64,000 nt of DNA from Phaeosaccion multiseriatum. Lineage: Eukaryota > Protista > Ochrophyta, other classes. Below are positions 1 to 13,356 of the stretch, in pieces. Numbering within the stretch: position 1 is the stretch's first letter; each line of letters begins with the position of its first letter. The position numbers were made by a program, and so were the translations under genes. The stretch spans positions 2,542,001 through 2,606,000 of the forward strand of contig OZ218961.1 in the NCBI GenBank assembly GCA_965112735.1, in the 5' to 3' direction. The notes beneath the pieces are model-generated. The model was not told the DNA's origin. It was given only the letters and a program-made list of their open reading frames with translations, and did no database searches.

Positions 1-208
1 AGGGGGTGTGTGTGCGGATCGAAGACCGAGGATGACAGGTGTCAGGACTTTAGTGCGTAGAGTAAGCAGAGTGTCAGGACCAAGGGAAAGCGAGGGAGGC
101 CCTTTAGCGTGTTTGGGTTCCCATCGCACCCAGCACACTCAACACACCCACGCCACGCCCACACACTCACGCATCCACACCCACACACACACGCACACGC
201 ACCCACAG

Positions 209-1417
209 GACAATCGGTGCTTCTGCGACGACCGTTACGGCCGTTACGGCCACCGAGAAGGGTGCTCTTTGCCCTGCGCAGGAGACAGCAGCGCCAGCTG
301 CGGATCCGTCAGTGGCAACAGGCAGAGCTCCGTCTACAGGTCTGGATATATATACATATGTGTGTGTGTGTGTGTGTGTGTGGGTGTGTGTTTGTGTTTG
401 TGTGTGTGTGCGTGTGTGTGCGTGTGTGTGTGCGTGTTTGTGTGTGTGCGTGTTTGTGTGTGTGCCTGTACGTGTGCGTGTTTGTGTGCCCTCCCTCCCT
501 CTCCCATCTCCCCTACTCACTCCCCCCCCCCCACCCGTCCCCACAGGAACCTCAACAAGCCTCACTCGGAGGAGTACGTCGGGTGCTTCAACGACGACAC
601 CGAGGACAGAGCCCTCGAGTTCTCCATCGATCTGGGAGCAGGTGCGTGTGTGGTTGGGTCTAGTGTGGGTGCGTGTGTGGTTGGGTCTAGTGTGGGTGCG
701 TGTGTGGTTGGGTCTAGTGTGGGTGCGTGTGTGGTTGGGTCTAGTGTGGGTGCGTGTGTGGTTGGGTCTAGTGTGGGTGCGTGTGTGGTTGGGTCTAGTG
801 TGGGTGCGTGTGTGGTTGGGTCTAGTGTGGGTGCGTGTGTGGTTGGGTCTGGTGTGGGTGCGTGTGTGGTTGGGTCTAGTGTGGGTGCGTGTGTGGTTGG
901 GTCTAGTGTGGGTGCGTGTGTGGTTGGGTCTAGTGTGGGTGCGTGTGTGGTTGGGTCTAGTGTGGGTGCGTGCGTCTCTGTGCCTCGTATTTGCGTCTGT
1001 CTGCCGGTCTTGATCCTCTCTTTGATAGTCTATTTTTTTCATGTTGTCTATCCTCCTCCTCATTCACCCTTCCTGCTTGTGTTCCCTCCCCTCCCCATAT
1101 GCCTCCACCGTACCCTCCTCCCCTCCCCTCCCCTCCCCTCCCCTCCTCTCCCCCCCCCTCCTCTCCTCTCCCCTCCTCCTGTCCTCCCCCCCCCCCCCAC
1201 CCCCTCCCCAGGCCTTACCCCGTCCTCATGCAGGGGTCAGTGTGCCGCTCGTGGCTTCGCCTTCTTGGGCCTCCAAGAGGGTACCCAATGTTGGTGCGGC
1301 AATGACGGTTTCGGAAAACATGGCACCTCTCGCAAGTGCAAGGTTCCCTGCTCCGGAAACGGCGATGCCATTTGTGGTGGAAGTGGCGGCAAGACCATGT
1401 CCGTATACTACGTCTAA
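209..1417 (+). CDS. WSC-domain (carbohydrate-binding) protein, 3' part; 5' end lies outside the window. Exons ~209-339, 547-641, 1212-1417
   Basis: Spliced translation gives tandem WSC signatures: '[24 protein letters not shown]' and '[14 protein letters not shown]...[30 protein letters not shown]...[19 protein letters not shown]'. The GT-AG junctions keep the frame. Confidence 0.85.
   Translation, partial: DNRCFCDDRYGRYGHREGCSLPCAGDSSASCGSVSGNRQSSVYRSGYIYICVCVCVCVGVCLCLCVCACVCVCVCVFVCVRVCVCACTCACLCALPPSPISPTHSPPPTRPHRNLNKPHSEEYVGCFNDDTEDRALEFSIDLGAGACVVGSSVGACVVGSSVGACVVGSSVGACVVGSSVGACVVGSSVGACVVGSSVGACVVGSSVGACVVGSGVGACVVGSSVGACVVGSSVGACVVGSSVGACVVGSSVGACVSVPRICVCLPVLILSLIVYFFHVVYPPPHSPFLLVFPPLPICLHRTLLPSPPLPSPPLPPPPLLSPPPVLPPPPTPSPGLTPSSCRGQCAARGFAFLGLQEGTQCWCGNDGFGKHGTSRKCKVPCSGNGDAICGGSGGKTMSVYYV
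641..970 (+). repeat. 27-bp minisatellite (GGTGCGTGTGTGGTTGGGTCTAGTGTG) x ~12 at the start of a WSC intron
   Basis: Near-perfect tandem copies read directly; translates as (ACVVGSSVG)n in the ORF track. Confidence 0.95.
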
Positions 1418-2395
1418 TTGGGGATGTAATTTTTATCGGTGTACATGTTTTTTCTCACAATAATGTTCTATTGTTACGATAGATCATATTTTGTAGGCCT
1501 ATTTGTGTATTTGTTTCTTTTCCTCAATTGGTTGTCTATTTTCTCTTTCTTTGACGGTTACAACTGTCTTTTCACCTTGGCTTCCAATTGATGGATTGAG
1601 GGACTGATAAATTGATTCAGTGATTGATGGATTGATTGATTGATTTGAGTGAGCGGCTGGTTGATTAATTGATTGGTTGGTTGGTAGGTTGGTGGGTTGA
1701 TGGGTTGGTTGGTTGGTTGGTTGGTTGGTTGGTTGGTTGGTTGGTTGCTTGGTTGGTTGGTTGGTTGGTTGATTTGATTGATGGATTGATTAACTGGCAA
1801 TCATTAAAAGAAAGATTAAAGGCAAAAGTGAGTGAGTGAGGTTGTGAGTGTGACTGTATATGTATATTACGGGTGTGTTATGGAATATATTTTGATTAAT
1901 TAAAAAAAGTATGGACGGCACATGCACCGAGAGGGGCATGCCTCTCGAAGGAACGAAGGACGGCATGAGAGAAGGGCGAACAAATCTGCTCTGAGATTCA
2001 GAACCGCCTTTCTTTTGTTAGAAAGAACGAAAGAACAACAAGGAGTTTAAAACAAATAAACGCCTGAACACCAATTCAAAATAAAAATAAAAACAGAACG
2101 AAAGAAAAGAAGAGGAGATCGACATACAAAAACACCGAGACCTGTTGATCGATTGCTTGACACCGTACATCACAACGAGGTAGCCGCAATCTCCTCGTCC
2201 TACTCATCCTCCCCTCCTCGCTACTCATCCTCCCCTCCTCGCTACTCATCCTCCCCTCCTCACTCACTTGTTACTTTTTGTACTCATCCCACGGCCTCGG
2301 TCTTGATTGGGTGGTTGGGTGGTTGGGTGATTGGGTGATTCATTAATTGACTGACTGACTGACTGACTGACTGACAGATTGATTGATTGACTGAC

Positions 2396-2426
<31 letters not shown>

Positions 2427-2557
2427 CTGCCTGACTGACTGACTGACTGAATACTTGATTGATTGACTGCCTGACTGATAAGAATGATTCGTTGATTCAT
2501 TGATTGGCTGAAACTCTTGCTAAATCAATTAGCACCCTACTTACTCCTACACTCATC

Positions 2558-5500
2558 CTACTTTTCATCCCACGGCCTGGGCATGTGGTTAAGCACGTAA
2601 GCAGACTCCAAGTCTCCAATGTGCCGAAACGTAACCGTCGGCAAGTAGGCTACCTCGAGCCCCGCATCCGCCAGACGCATTGACATGCTCTGTTCGAACC
2701 TCTCGTCAGACGGGTCGAACAAGAACAAGGACGAGGATGAGGAGGACGAGGAGAACGAGGAGGAGGGCCCCCCTCCCGCCTTCCCTCCCTCTCCCTGGCG
2801 ATCCTGGCCCTGATGATCCTGATTGGGTCCTTGAGTAGGTCTCTGATTGGGGTTGCTGAGCAACAAGGAGCGGAGCCTGTCCAGGTCCCACAGCGCCGGG
2901 TTGAGGCTGAAGCCCGGCCAATAGCTGAAGGCGTGAGTCGGCCGGTTACAGCCTCGACCACCACCACAACCACCACCTCCTCCTCCTCCTCCCTCACGTC
3001 CTCCTCTCCCTCCTTCCCCTCCTCCACTGCCGCTGCCGTACACCATGCCGAACTCATGGAGGCGATAAGGCACACCACTCATCTCACTCGTCCTTCCCCA
3101 CCCTGCCTGACCCGTCACGCAGCCTGGCGCCGCGTACGCACACTCTCTGGAGGACTGGTCGTTGATCAGAACCTGCCCCAGTGTTCCCCCTCCTCCTCCT
3201 CCTCCTCCTCCTCCTCCTCCTCCTCCTCCTCGTCCTCGTCCTCGTCCTCGTCCTCCTCCTCTTTCTCCCTCCCCTTCTCCTCCTCCTTGTCCTCCCTCTA
3301 CCGATGCTGAGCTCTCGCGCAGCACCGACAGAGCTCTGCCCAGAAAGCTCCCCCCCCTCCTCCTCCTCCTCCTCCTCCTCCCCCCACCCCTACTCGCCTC
3401 ATCCTCCCCCTTCTCTTCGTCCCCCTCCCCCTCCTCCCTCCCTTCCTCCTCCTCCTCCTCCTCCTCCTCCTCCTGCAACAGCGCCAGCCAGTCGTCCTCT
3501 AGATAGAAGAGGTAGCGCGTTCGCGTCAGGGAGAGGATCATATTCATGCTATGTGCATGCCCCTTCCGACTTGTCACTCTGACCCCTCCTGTACCACCAA
3601 CTGCTGTATCACCCACTGCTGCATGAACTCCTGCTGTATCACCAACTGCTGCAGCAGGCACGGGGGCCAAGTCGGCCTTGAAGACGAACGTAAAGTCTGG
3701 AAACTCTTGCATCATGTCTCTGCGGTCAGAGGCAGAGCTGCCGTCGTCCACCACCAACACCTCACAGATGCCGGCCCCTGCCCAAGAGAAGGGAGGGGCA
3801 GCAGTTGGTGCTACGTTCTCCTCCTTCATGACAGCGGCGGAAGTGTCCATTCCACCCTTCCCGCCCTGGTGAGTACTCTGCTGCTTCTGCGGCTGTTCCG
3901 ATTCATGCTTCTGACGCTGTTCTGATTCCAGCAAGTGACGCAGCGATCGTAACGTCACCTTGAACAAGTCCGGACGCTTGCAAGATGTAACCGCCATCGT
4001 AATGCATGGGGGGGCTGCTCCCTCATCGTCACCACCACCACCACCACCACCACCACCACCACCACCACCGTGAGTTGCCATCCCACGCCTCACGTCCGAG
4101 CCTCTCCGTGCCTGTACCCACTCATCAGACGAGTACTGCGGGACAGCGTCAGCCATGAGCGAAGCAAGAAAATCAATCGTCTGCGCCCCTCCCTCCAGTT
4201 GTTGGGAGTACGCCACCCAACCTGCCACAAGCTCAAGGTCATCGCCATACCTCACTTCAAGGACCACGTCTCTCTCTTCTTCTTGCCGTCCTCCTCCTCC
4301 TCCTCCTCCTCCTCCTCCTCCTTGCAAGACCTTCACCGTCCCTGACCACACCACCGGCTGCAGCCACCGCACAGCTCCGTGCAGGAGAAGCTTCTGTACC
4401 CACCGTATCTGCAACTGCTCCAGCCTTGCCGCGGCGCCAAAGGTTGCCGCCACTGTCTCTGCTTGCTCTGCCAGCTCTACTTGTACTGCTTGTTTCCGTG
4501 CCCGTGCTCCATACTCCCCTTCTCCTGTCCCTCCATCGCCATCTCCTCCTCCCTCTCCTCCATCACTACCACCGCCGCCACCGCCACCACCATCACCACC
4601 ACCAGCAGCAGCAGCTCCCCACCCTCCCCCTCCTCCTCCTCCTCCTCCTCCTCCTCCTCCCCATTCTCCCCCTTCTCCGCGCCACATCTCAACGACGAAG
4701 TCTCCACTCTCCAAGGCCAACTTGACAGAGTAGAGAAGGTTCGGATGCCTCGCGAAGGGCCGCTCTTGCCCCTCATGTTGATCCTCTGGCTGCTGCCGTC
4801 TGTGAGTCTTCTCCTGCTGATGCTGTTGGTGGTACGAGGTCACAGGCACAGCCTCCCATCCCCAACTAGACCTCCTGGCCCACGTCCAGCCTTCGCCGGG
4901 GGGCGCAGCTAACGCCGCCACAGCAGTTGGTGATATAGCCAGTGCCTCGTCCTCTCCTTCCTCTTTCCCTTGCGCTGCTCCTGCACCCGCTGCTGTATCA
5001 CCAACTGCTGTGGTGGTGATGCTCGCGCTGCTGGTGCTGCTGTACGACCAACGGGTGGTGCTGCTGATGCCTGTGGGCATGTCTGGCGTCACCTCAGGTC
5101 GGGGCGAAGCAATCGCAAACTCTATGAAGTCCTCCCATTCCTGCACTACCGCAGACCTGCTGCCACCTCCACCCCCTTCGCCACCTCCCTCTCCTCCACC
5201 ACCACCACCACCACCACCACCACCACCACCACCACCACCACCACCACCACCACCACCAGCAGCAGCAGCAGCAGCAGCAGCATCATCATCATCAGCATCG
5301 TCATCGTCATCATCATCATGGTAGAGCAGGTGCTTCTGCTTCAGAATGGTGGACCGTAACCGCCCTTGCAGATCCTTGTCCCTCCCCACACGAACGGCTC
5401 CCTCTACAAACTGCTCCTCGCTGTACGTCACCAACCAAGGCTCCTCCACCAGCCCCTCTCCCATGGACCAGTACTGGCCGTAGGTGAGTTGAAGGATGGA

Positions 5501-8061
5501 GGTGCGGTTGTAGAGCATGACCGTGGGTGTGCCAGTGGACATGATCTCGAAGGAGGACCTTCCGCCGCCCACAGGGAAGGGGTCCAACACCACATCCGCG
5601 AGCGTCGCCAAGGCGATGAACTCGTCGAAGGCCAAGTGAGGCACAAAAACCACCCTTCGCCACAGGGCATCAGCATCATCACCATCATCATCAGCATCAG
5701 CATCATCATCATCATCACTATCTTTTCCTTCTTCATCAGCCGTCTTCTCCGCCTCATCACCACCACCTCCTCCTCCTCCTCCTCCTGCTGCTGCTGCTGC
5801 TGCCGGGTCTACTCTGAGACTGTTTCTCAGACGTTTCAGCAGCCGCTCTGTCCACGCATTCTCCTCCGCCTCCGGCATGACCACGCACCCCCCGGGGTCT
5901 CTCAGCAGCACCCCTCTCAGAAGTCGATCGAAGTCCGGATGAAGTTTGTATAGCGTCTGAGGCACCAAGTAGATCGTAGGGCGGGCCTCAGTCTCAGTCT
6001 CACTCCCAGTCTCAGTTTCAGGACGAGAGTGAGCGTTTCCGACTCCGTGTAGGATGTCACTGTCCTCACGGTCACTATAGTTCGGTGGCCCCCTCCCCCT
6101 CCCCCTTCCCTTCCCCATGAGGCACTTTGAGGGAACGCCGAGACTGGCCAGTGTGGCGTTGGGTTTGGCTTGGAGAGGGGTGGGAAAGGCCGTGGTCAGG
6201 CCTTGCATGAGGTATAGGCGTTCTGTGTACCTGCTTGGGAGGTGGAGTGGGGGGGGGGGGGGTTGATTGGACAAAGAGTGAGGAATGATCAGAAGAGATC
6301 AGGGAGAGGACAAGAAGGACGACGACAACGAGGAGGAGGAGGAGGAGGAGGAGGAGGAGGATCTCAGCACACACCTACGCCGCGAGATCGATCAATTGGA
6401 TGCTGTCCCTGTGCTGTTACACCACCGCACCTCACACCTCACACCTCACACCTCACACCTCCCTCCTCCTCACCTCTGCTGCGCGCCGGGTCTTTCGTAC
6501 AACTCAGACGAAACAAAGTAGTCCACTCCTCCAACCACTCCCGTTGGTTCTCCAACCACTTGTGTTGGACGTCCTCGAAGCCCGCCTGTTGGTGTAGGTG
6601 TTGGTTCTCTACCAAAGTCAGTTGTTGCATCTGTCGGTGTTGGTTCACTATCAAAGCCAGTTGTTGCATCTCGGGCCGACACTCCGCTGGTGATCGCGTG
6701 CCCCCAAAAGGCGGCAGTGCGTCTCGCCAGAGCAGAGAAGGACAGGAAGTAGGACATGTGGTCCATGCCAAGCTGAGAAGGAGGAGAGGGAGGGAGGGAG
6801 GAAGGGAGGGAGGGAGGAGAGGGAGGGAGGGAGGGAGGGAGGGAGGGAGAGAGGGAGGGACGGAGGGAGGGAGGGGGGAAGAGAGGGAGAGAAGGAGAGA
6901 AGGAGGGAGAGAGGGAGGGAGGGAGGGAGGGAGGGAGGGAGGGAGGGAGGGAGGGAGGGAGGGAGGGAGGGAGGGAGGGAGGGAGGGAGGGAGGGAGAGA
7001 GGGAGGGAGGGAGGGAGGGAGGGAGGGAGAGGGAGGGAGGGAGGGAGGGAGGGAGGGAGGGAGGGAGGGAGGGAGGGAGGGAGGGAGGGAGGGAGGGAGG
7101 GAGGGAGGGAGGGAGGGAGGGAGGGAGGGAGGGGGGAAGAGAGGGAGAGAAGGAGAGAAGGAGGGAGAGAGGGAGGGAGGAGGGAGGGAGGGAGGGAGGG
7201 AGGGAGGGAGGGAGGGAGGGAGGGAGGGAGGGAGGGAGGGAGGGAGGGAGGGAGGGAGGGAGGGAGGGAGGGAGGGAGGGAGGGAGGGTGTATTTGTGTG
7301 CGTGAGTTTGCTTGAGTGAGTGCTGTGGTGCGAAGGTGCGTGTGTGTGTGTATGTTGTGTGCATGGGTTTGGAAAAAGAACCAGGAAGGTGGGTGGGGGA
7401 GACACCCCGCCCCCCCCCCCCCTTCACTCAACCTCCCATCCCTTCGCCTCCCTCACCTCTGTAAACACCAGCAAGTCCAGCTCCAGCCGCCCAATGAGGT
7501 ACTGACTCGCTGCCAGACTGGCCTTGGGCACGTCAAGCACATGTTCTACCCTTCGTCTTATAAAGTCGTGTGTGGCGTCCACAGGGTGAGGTTGGAGGAA
7601 GATGGCAGTTACTTCGAAACGGCTCCTGTCCAACCCAGTCACCACTCCCTGTGTGAGGAGCCCCACGGAGTGGCGATAGAAGAAAGCCGATAAGAAGCCC
7701 ACTCGCATGCGGCGCGGTTGGAGCTGTAACGGCTGCTCTTGCTGGTCATGTAACGGCTGCTCTTGCTGCTTCGACTCCCCGTAGGACTGAAATGTTGCTC
7801 CGGATGCTGTACCACCAACTGCTTCAGCTGCAGCTAGCGCAGCAGGAGAGGGTTGGAGGAGGAAGGGAGCGGTGTAGCGCAAAATAGGACAGGAGCGCCA
7901 ATAGACCTGTGCCAGCTTGCGTCTAAGCGCAGCGTCATTGAAGCCCTGGTAGATGATGTAATAGCCCAGCGCTCCTGACCCTGTGCTCGTCATGGGGTCC
8001 AGGATCTGGAAGGGGGGGAGGGGGGGGTCTTCTTCTCGTTTTCCTCCTCCTCCTCCTCCTG

Positions 8062-8104
<43 letters not shown>

Positions 8105-10669
8105 TGTATCACCAACTGCTGGCGTGATAAGATGCAGGATGGCGTCTAGATTGGCCTCGTATTGCTGCCTTACTGCGGCGATGTGCGAATTGGATTCGAA
8201 GATTTGGGGAATCACCGACACTGCCATGACGAGGCGGACAGTCGCCTCTTCCTCTGAGAGATGGGGGGAGGGGAGGAGCGAAAGAGAAGGGGAGGAGAAG
8301 AGCGGAGAGGAGGGGAGGGGAGGAGCGAAAGATAAGGGGAGGAGAAGAGCAGAGAGGAGGGGAGGGGAGGAGCGAAAGAGAAGGGGAGGAGAAGAGAGGA
8401 GAGGAGGGAGAGAGGAGAGGAGAGGAGAGGAGAGGAGAGGAGATGAGATGGAGCGGAGAGGGGGGGGAAGGGAGAGGAGGGGTGAGGAGGGGAGGAGAGA
8501 GGAGGCGGGAGGAGCAAGCAGGTGTGGAAAGGAGAGGAGAGGAGAGGAGGAGAGTAGCGAGAGAGAAGGGGGTAGAGAAGGGAGAGCAAGGAAGAGGGGG
8601 AGAGAGGAGGGAAGAGAGGAGACGAAAGAAGCATGCACCAGACAAGAGGGGTCCCGCAAAATCGAAGGGAAGGCTCTTTCTTGGTCTTCACACTGAGCGG
8701 TTCGTTCTCATTCCCCTCCCTGTACTAAGCGCCACACACACACACACCCACACGCACCCACGCACACACACACACACCTACCTGACATTCCTCCCTCCCG
8801 TAGCCCATAGCGCTCCTCCCCCTGCTCCTGCTGTATCACCAACTGCTCCTCCTCTCCCCTGCTCTTGTCCCTACGTCGCACCGCCCCCAACGCCTCCCCA
8901 TACAAGGCCTGAGCCTGCACCAAGTCCCCCCGATGCCCCGCCAGGTGGCCCAAGGCCGCCCAAGACACCGCAAGGTCCTTGTCCAGCTTCACCGCCTTCC
9001 TCCACCACCCCTCCGCCTCCTCTGTTCGCCCCTCCATCTTCAAAATATGCCCTGCGTTGTGAGCCAGGTCTCCCCTCGAAGGGTCGATGTGAGCGGCTCT
9101 GAGGGCCGCCTCCACCGCCTCCGCGCCTCTGCCGGACTCGTGGAGGGCGTTGGCGAGGTTGCCCCACGTCGATGCACTTCCTCCTCCTCCTTCCGCTCCT
9201 CCTCCTCCGCCTCCTCCTCCGCCTCCTCCTCCTCCTACTACTGTTGTTGTTGATGTTGAATCACCAACTGCTGCTGATGTACCACCAGCTACTGCTGGTG
9301 CGACCTCCTTCATCGCCCCTCCTTCCTGATCCTCCTCCAGTTGCTGTATTACCAACTGCTGCTCCTGCTGCTCCTGCTGCTCCTGCTGCTCCTGCTGCTC
9401 CAATCCAAGGGCCTCCTGCAGGCAGCGCACGGCCTCGCTCGCCTCCCCGATGGCCATGAGGCCGATGGCTAAATCGTTTAGGACAGGGCCTCGCACCAGC
9501 GGCCCCCCCAAAGGTTCCTCCTCCCTGCCCCCTCCCCCTGCCCTTCCCCCGCCAGCCCCTCCACTCCGCTCTCCTTCGCCTCCTCGCAAACCTCCTCCCT
9601 CACCCCCTGCTTTGGCACTGCCACCAACATCACCACCACCACCAGTAGCAGCCGTTGGTGATACAGCAGCAGCAGCAGCGAGTACCACTCCAGGTCTGGC
9701 TCCACTTGTATCACCCTTAGCGTCGCTGACGAATTGCCTCCTCTCTAGGGCTATTTCCAGCATGGTCACGGCAGCACGCATTCCAGACAGAGGGTCGTGG
9801 TTGTAATCGTTGTAACCGCCTAGCCCCTGCCCTTGCCGCCGCTGCTGCTTCTGCTGCTGCTCCTCCTCCTCCTTCTCCTGGCCTGGGCTTTGCCTGCCTC
9901 CCACTCCCCCTCCCTCTTCCTTTTCCTGCCCCCTTCCCTTTCCCTTGGGGGAGGAGGAGGGGGGGAAGTTGTCGTAAAGGTACAGCTGCCCCAGATTGGC
10001 GGCGGCATGCCGGTTGGTGGGCCAGAGCTCGAGGCTGGAGAGGAAGGAGAGCTCTGCTTCTGCCTGCAGATGGAGAGCGCGTTGGGAGATGCCGCGGAGA
10101 TTGGACACGTAGGAGGCCGCCGAGGTGGTGAGGGAAGGGATGGAGAGCAATCGTTCGAAGTGCTCGAGTGCCGGGGGGTGTTGCTGGAGGAGGAGGAGAA
10201 GAAGGAGGGAGGGGGGGGGGGGGGTGCTTAGAATAGACATAACGAGGTGATCAAGGCATCGCATTGTAAAGACGTTCAGAGGCGCCTCCCTTCTGCGATG
10301 GTGTCTCACCTGTTGTCTCTGCCTGACGAGAGCGAGGTGCAGCAGCGTCTGAGGGTCTTCTCCCCCGGACTCATGCGCCAGCGCCAGCACCGCCTCGTAC
10401 GCGAATGCCGCTTCATCAAGCCTCCCTTCTTGCTCGTAGCGACCTGCCAAGGCAAGCACTTCCTCCACGCTCATCAGCACCTGCTCCTGGCTGCTCTGCG
10501 TCTCGCTGGCCGAGACCCCGTTGGCCGCTGCTGTTGCTGCTCCATCTGGTGTATTTGCCGGGCCGACACTAGCAGGGTTGGTGCCGGCAGCTGCAGAAGA
10601 ATTGAGTGCCGTCAACGCTGCCGCTACGAGTACCAGCCGTACGACCCATCCTCGTCCTGCGGCCCCCAT
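2558..10669 (-). CDS. Signal peptide + TPR repeats + GT41 (O-GlcNAc transferase/SPINDLY-like) catalytic domain + C-terminal GT2/GT-A glycosyltransferase domain. Exons ~10669-10310, 10183-8781, 8253-7457, 6772-6474, 6230-2558
   Basis: Hydrophobic N-terminus (VRLVLVAAALTAL). TPR helices (WGNLANALHESGRGAEAV; WAALGHLAGHRGDLVQAQALYGEAL). GT41 motifs RVGFLSAFFYRHSVG, LDLLVFTELGMD, FWGH..TSG..DYF, PQTLYKLHPDFD, DVVLDPFPVGGG.SS.E. GT-A motifs TSCKRPDLF, VLVVDDGSS, GHAHSMN, YLFYLEDDW, FRHIG. Splice phases are consistent. Confidence 0.8.
6781..7288. repeat. (GGGA)n microsatellite array in an intron
   Basis: Direct reading. Confidence 0.95.
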
Positions 10670-11063
10670 TACACCACAAGTCTTGGGCCTTGATTAAATA
10701 AGCACAGCCATCGGTGAGAAGAAGAAGCGCGGAGGGAGACGGGGCAGCTGGAAGATAGTGTAGCATGGGATGGGAGAAAAATATCGTGGATCTTTAATGT
10801 CGAGCAGTCTCTCCCTCGAGGCTGCAACAACAAACCCTTGCTACCCTCTACACCTTCTGCTTCAGCTCCTAGTGGTCCTCCCTCCCAACCTCGCAAGGCC
10901 GCTCCTCTCTTGTGAGATGAAGTGGAGCGACAACCAAAGCCGGTCAAGGCAGTTGAGTCAAATGGCCCAGAAACTGAAACTACAATTACCATAGATGGCA
11001 CTCAAAACCTCCCCACCTCCTCCTTTTTGCGTCTTCAGGCCGCTTGACCTATCCAATCCCATC

Positions 11064-11524
11064 ATGCATCCGCCACTGAAGAGACCTCATCCTCTGTGCC
11101 AGCAGGTATAAGAAAGGAGCTTACCTTTTTGCCACTACCCCCCCCCCCCCCCCCCCTTCATTGCAAGATGACTCATTCCCCTGTCTCTTGCTTCCTCCCT
11201 CTTCTTCCGCCCCCGTGAACAACCCTCGTTTCCTCTCTCTCTCCTCCCCCCCCCTCCCTCCTCTTGCTCCCCCCCCCCTATCAGGTGGCCGACGCCTTGA
11301 TCGCTTGCCACGAGGCCAACCCCTACCAGAAGTACTTGGGGGTGTGCAATGAGAGCAAGTACGCGGTAGACGCCTGCTTCAAGCGCGAGAAGGAGGACCG
11401 AAGGCAGGCCAACATGGCCAAGGCGGCGGCACGTCAGGCCCGAGTCGACAAGATCGCGGCTGCACGGGCAGCCATGGAGGAGAAGAAGGCCAAGGCAGCC
11501 ACGGAGAAGGCGGGCAGCTCATAG
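11064..11524 (+). CDS. CMC2: COX assembly mitochondrial protein 2 (twin CX9C). Exons 11064-11105, 11285-11524
   Basis: MHPPLKRPHPLCQQ|VADALIACHEANPYQKYLGVCNESKYAVDACFKREKE matches the CMC2 pattern MHP.L..H..C-x9-CH......G.CN......C...E. Confidence 0.85.
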
Positions 11525-13038
11525 GACCGGGTAGGAGCAGCAGCAAATAGCAACGAAAGCAGGGGCCGCAGTTGGGTTGCCTATTTTCCTGCGCGGGCAT
11601 GTCATCGGGTATGGAGCCTTAGACGCCTGCTTCAAACCGACCGATGGCAACCGATGGCAAGCTTGTGCAGTTCACATGTCGACATCCCTTCGGTGGGCGA
11701 TCGGGCGTCTTGGTCTCCAAGCACGCGCGGTTTTGTTCTCTTCCCCTTGCGGATGACGGACGCGTGCCCTGACGCTGAAAACAAAGCAACGGCGGCAGCA
11801 TTGGCAGTAGCAGCGCCAGCAGGAGCCGCAGCCGTGGTATCGTAGCAGCAGCAGCAGCAGTACAGCAATATCATTTGCTGCAGAAGTGGCGGGGGTATCG
11901 GCACCTCGAGGCAGCAGCCGTAAGGATACGTGTGTGGAGCCTTCCTCTCGACGTAGCTCCTCTGGTATGCTCGCGGCCATGGCAGTAGCCAAGATGACAG
12001 CGATTGTCATCTCGCAGTGTAGGCACGTGGAACGCACTGAGCGTCGTCACGTGCCCCTGTCGTAAGTGATGGCAAGAAATCATGCAAGGCAACTGGCTGG
12101 CAGCTGGCTGCATCGTGTGGGTGCGACATTCACCTACCTTCACACGTCGGACCGGAGAATGACGAGACGGCGAGGGAGACGCTTCGATACCGGTATTCGA
12201 TATCTCGACATTCGATATGCGTTGCTGTTATTAGTGTGTGAATGTGGGCGCGGGGGTTGCTTCTCGTTGGACGGCGGTTCCCGTCGCTCTCTTAGCTAAC
12301 GCACGGCGGAGCTGACTTTGAATGAACAGATGAGAGGCACACAAGGAAATAAATACAATCATCCCTGTCATACTTCCGTAATATACGTAACGGATTCGTC
12401 CCTACCAGCCCAGACAACCGCTACGCGAGACCCGAAAGGGAGGAGGAGCGGTGGGAGTGTGTGCATCTCGCTATAGATTGATGCTTGAAAACATTCTTCC
12501 AATATTCTTCTTATTCTTCTTATTCTATGTTCGAGGCGTTCCGCCCGCAAAGCGCACCCACCACACAGCGGTTACACATTGCACAAACCCACGCTGCTGC
12601 TACTTCCTGCAACCCTCAACCCTCAACCCCCCCCCCCCACACACACACACACACACCGCTTCTGTACACGGGCAGCACCTTCTCTTCATGCCGCCTTCCC
12701 CTCTCCCTTCCACTCTCCTCACCGTTCTATGGCCTCACCGTTGCCTTCTTTGGCTTCCATACACTTGCTGCCGTTGCTCCTGCCCCTGCTCCTTCTCCTC
12801 CTTCTCCTCCTCCTCCTCCTCCCCCCACCCTCCTTCTTCCTCTTCCTCTTCTGTGGCACTTCGCTAACCAACATTGATTGATCCCCCCACTCGCACCCCA
12901 TCAGTCTGCCATTCGCTGCTCACGCCCTGACACTGGGCTGACTGGTTTGGGGCTTACTCCCGCCCTCCTTTCCCTCGGCCTTACGCCTTACTCTGTCTTA
13001 CGTGTTCTGAACCGCAGAGATCGACAGACATATGAAAA

Positions 13039-13071
<33 letters not shown>

Positions 13072-13079
13072 GGGAGAGA

Positions 13080-13135
<56 letters not shown>

Positions 13136-13178
13136 CTCCTCGTCCAGCGTTCTTTGCAGCACACACACATCCACCTGC

Positions 13179-13211
<33 letters not shown>

Positions 13212-13356
13212 CATACCCACACCTTCACAAACAAGCCAACATCCCTGTATCACCAACTGCTGCTCCTCCTCATTTTGCTGCTGCTGCTGCACCTCCTCTT
13301 CCTCCTCCTCCTGCTCCTCCTCCTCCTGCTGCTGCTACTGGAGTTGATAGGGCGGC

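Noticed and set aside
6242-7431. Long ORFs such as (GREG)n/(PPSL)n here and at 33161-34269, 47325-48600 and 56887-57694
   Set aside because: They are translations of intronic (GGGA)n and similar microsatellites that lack stop codons.
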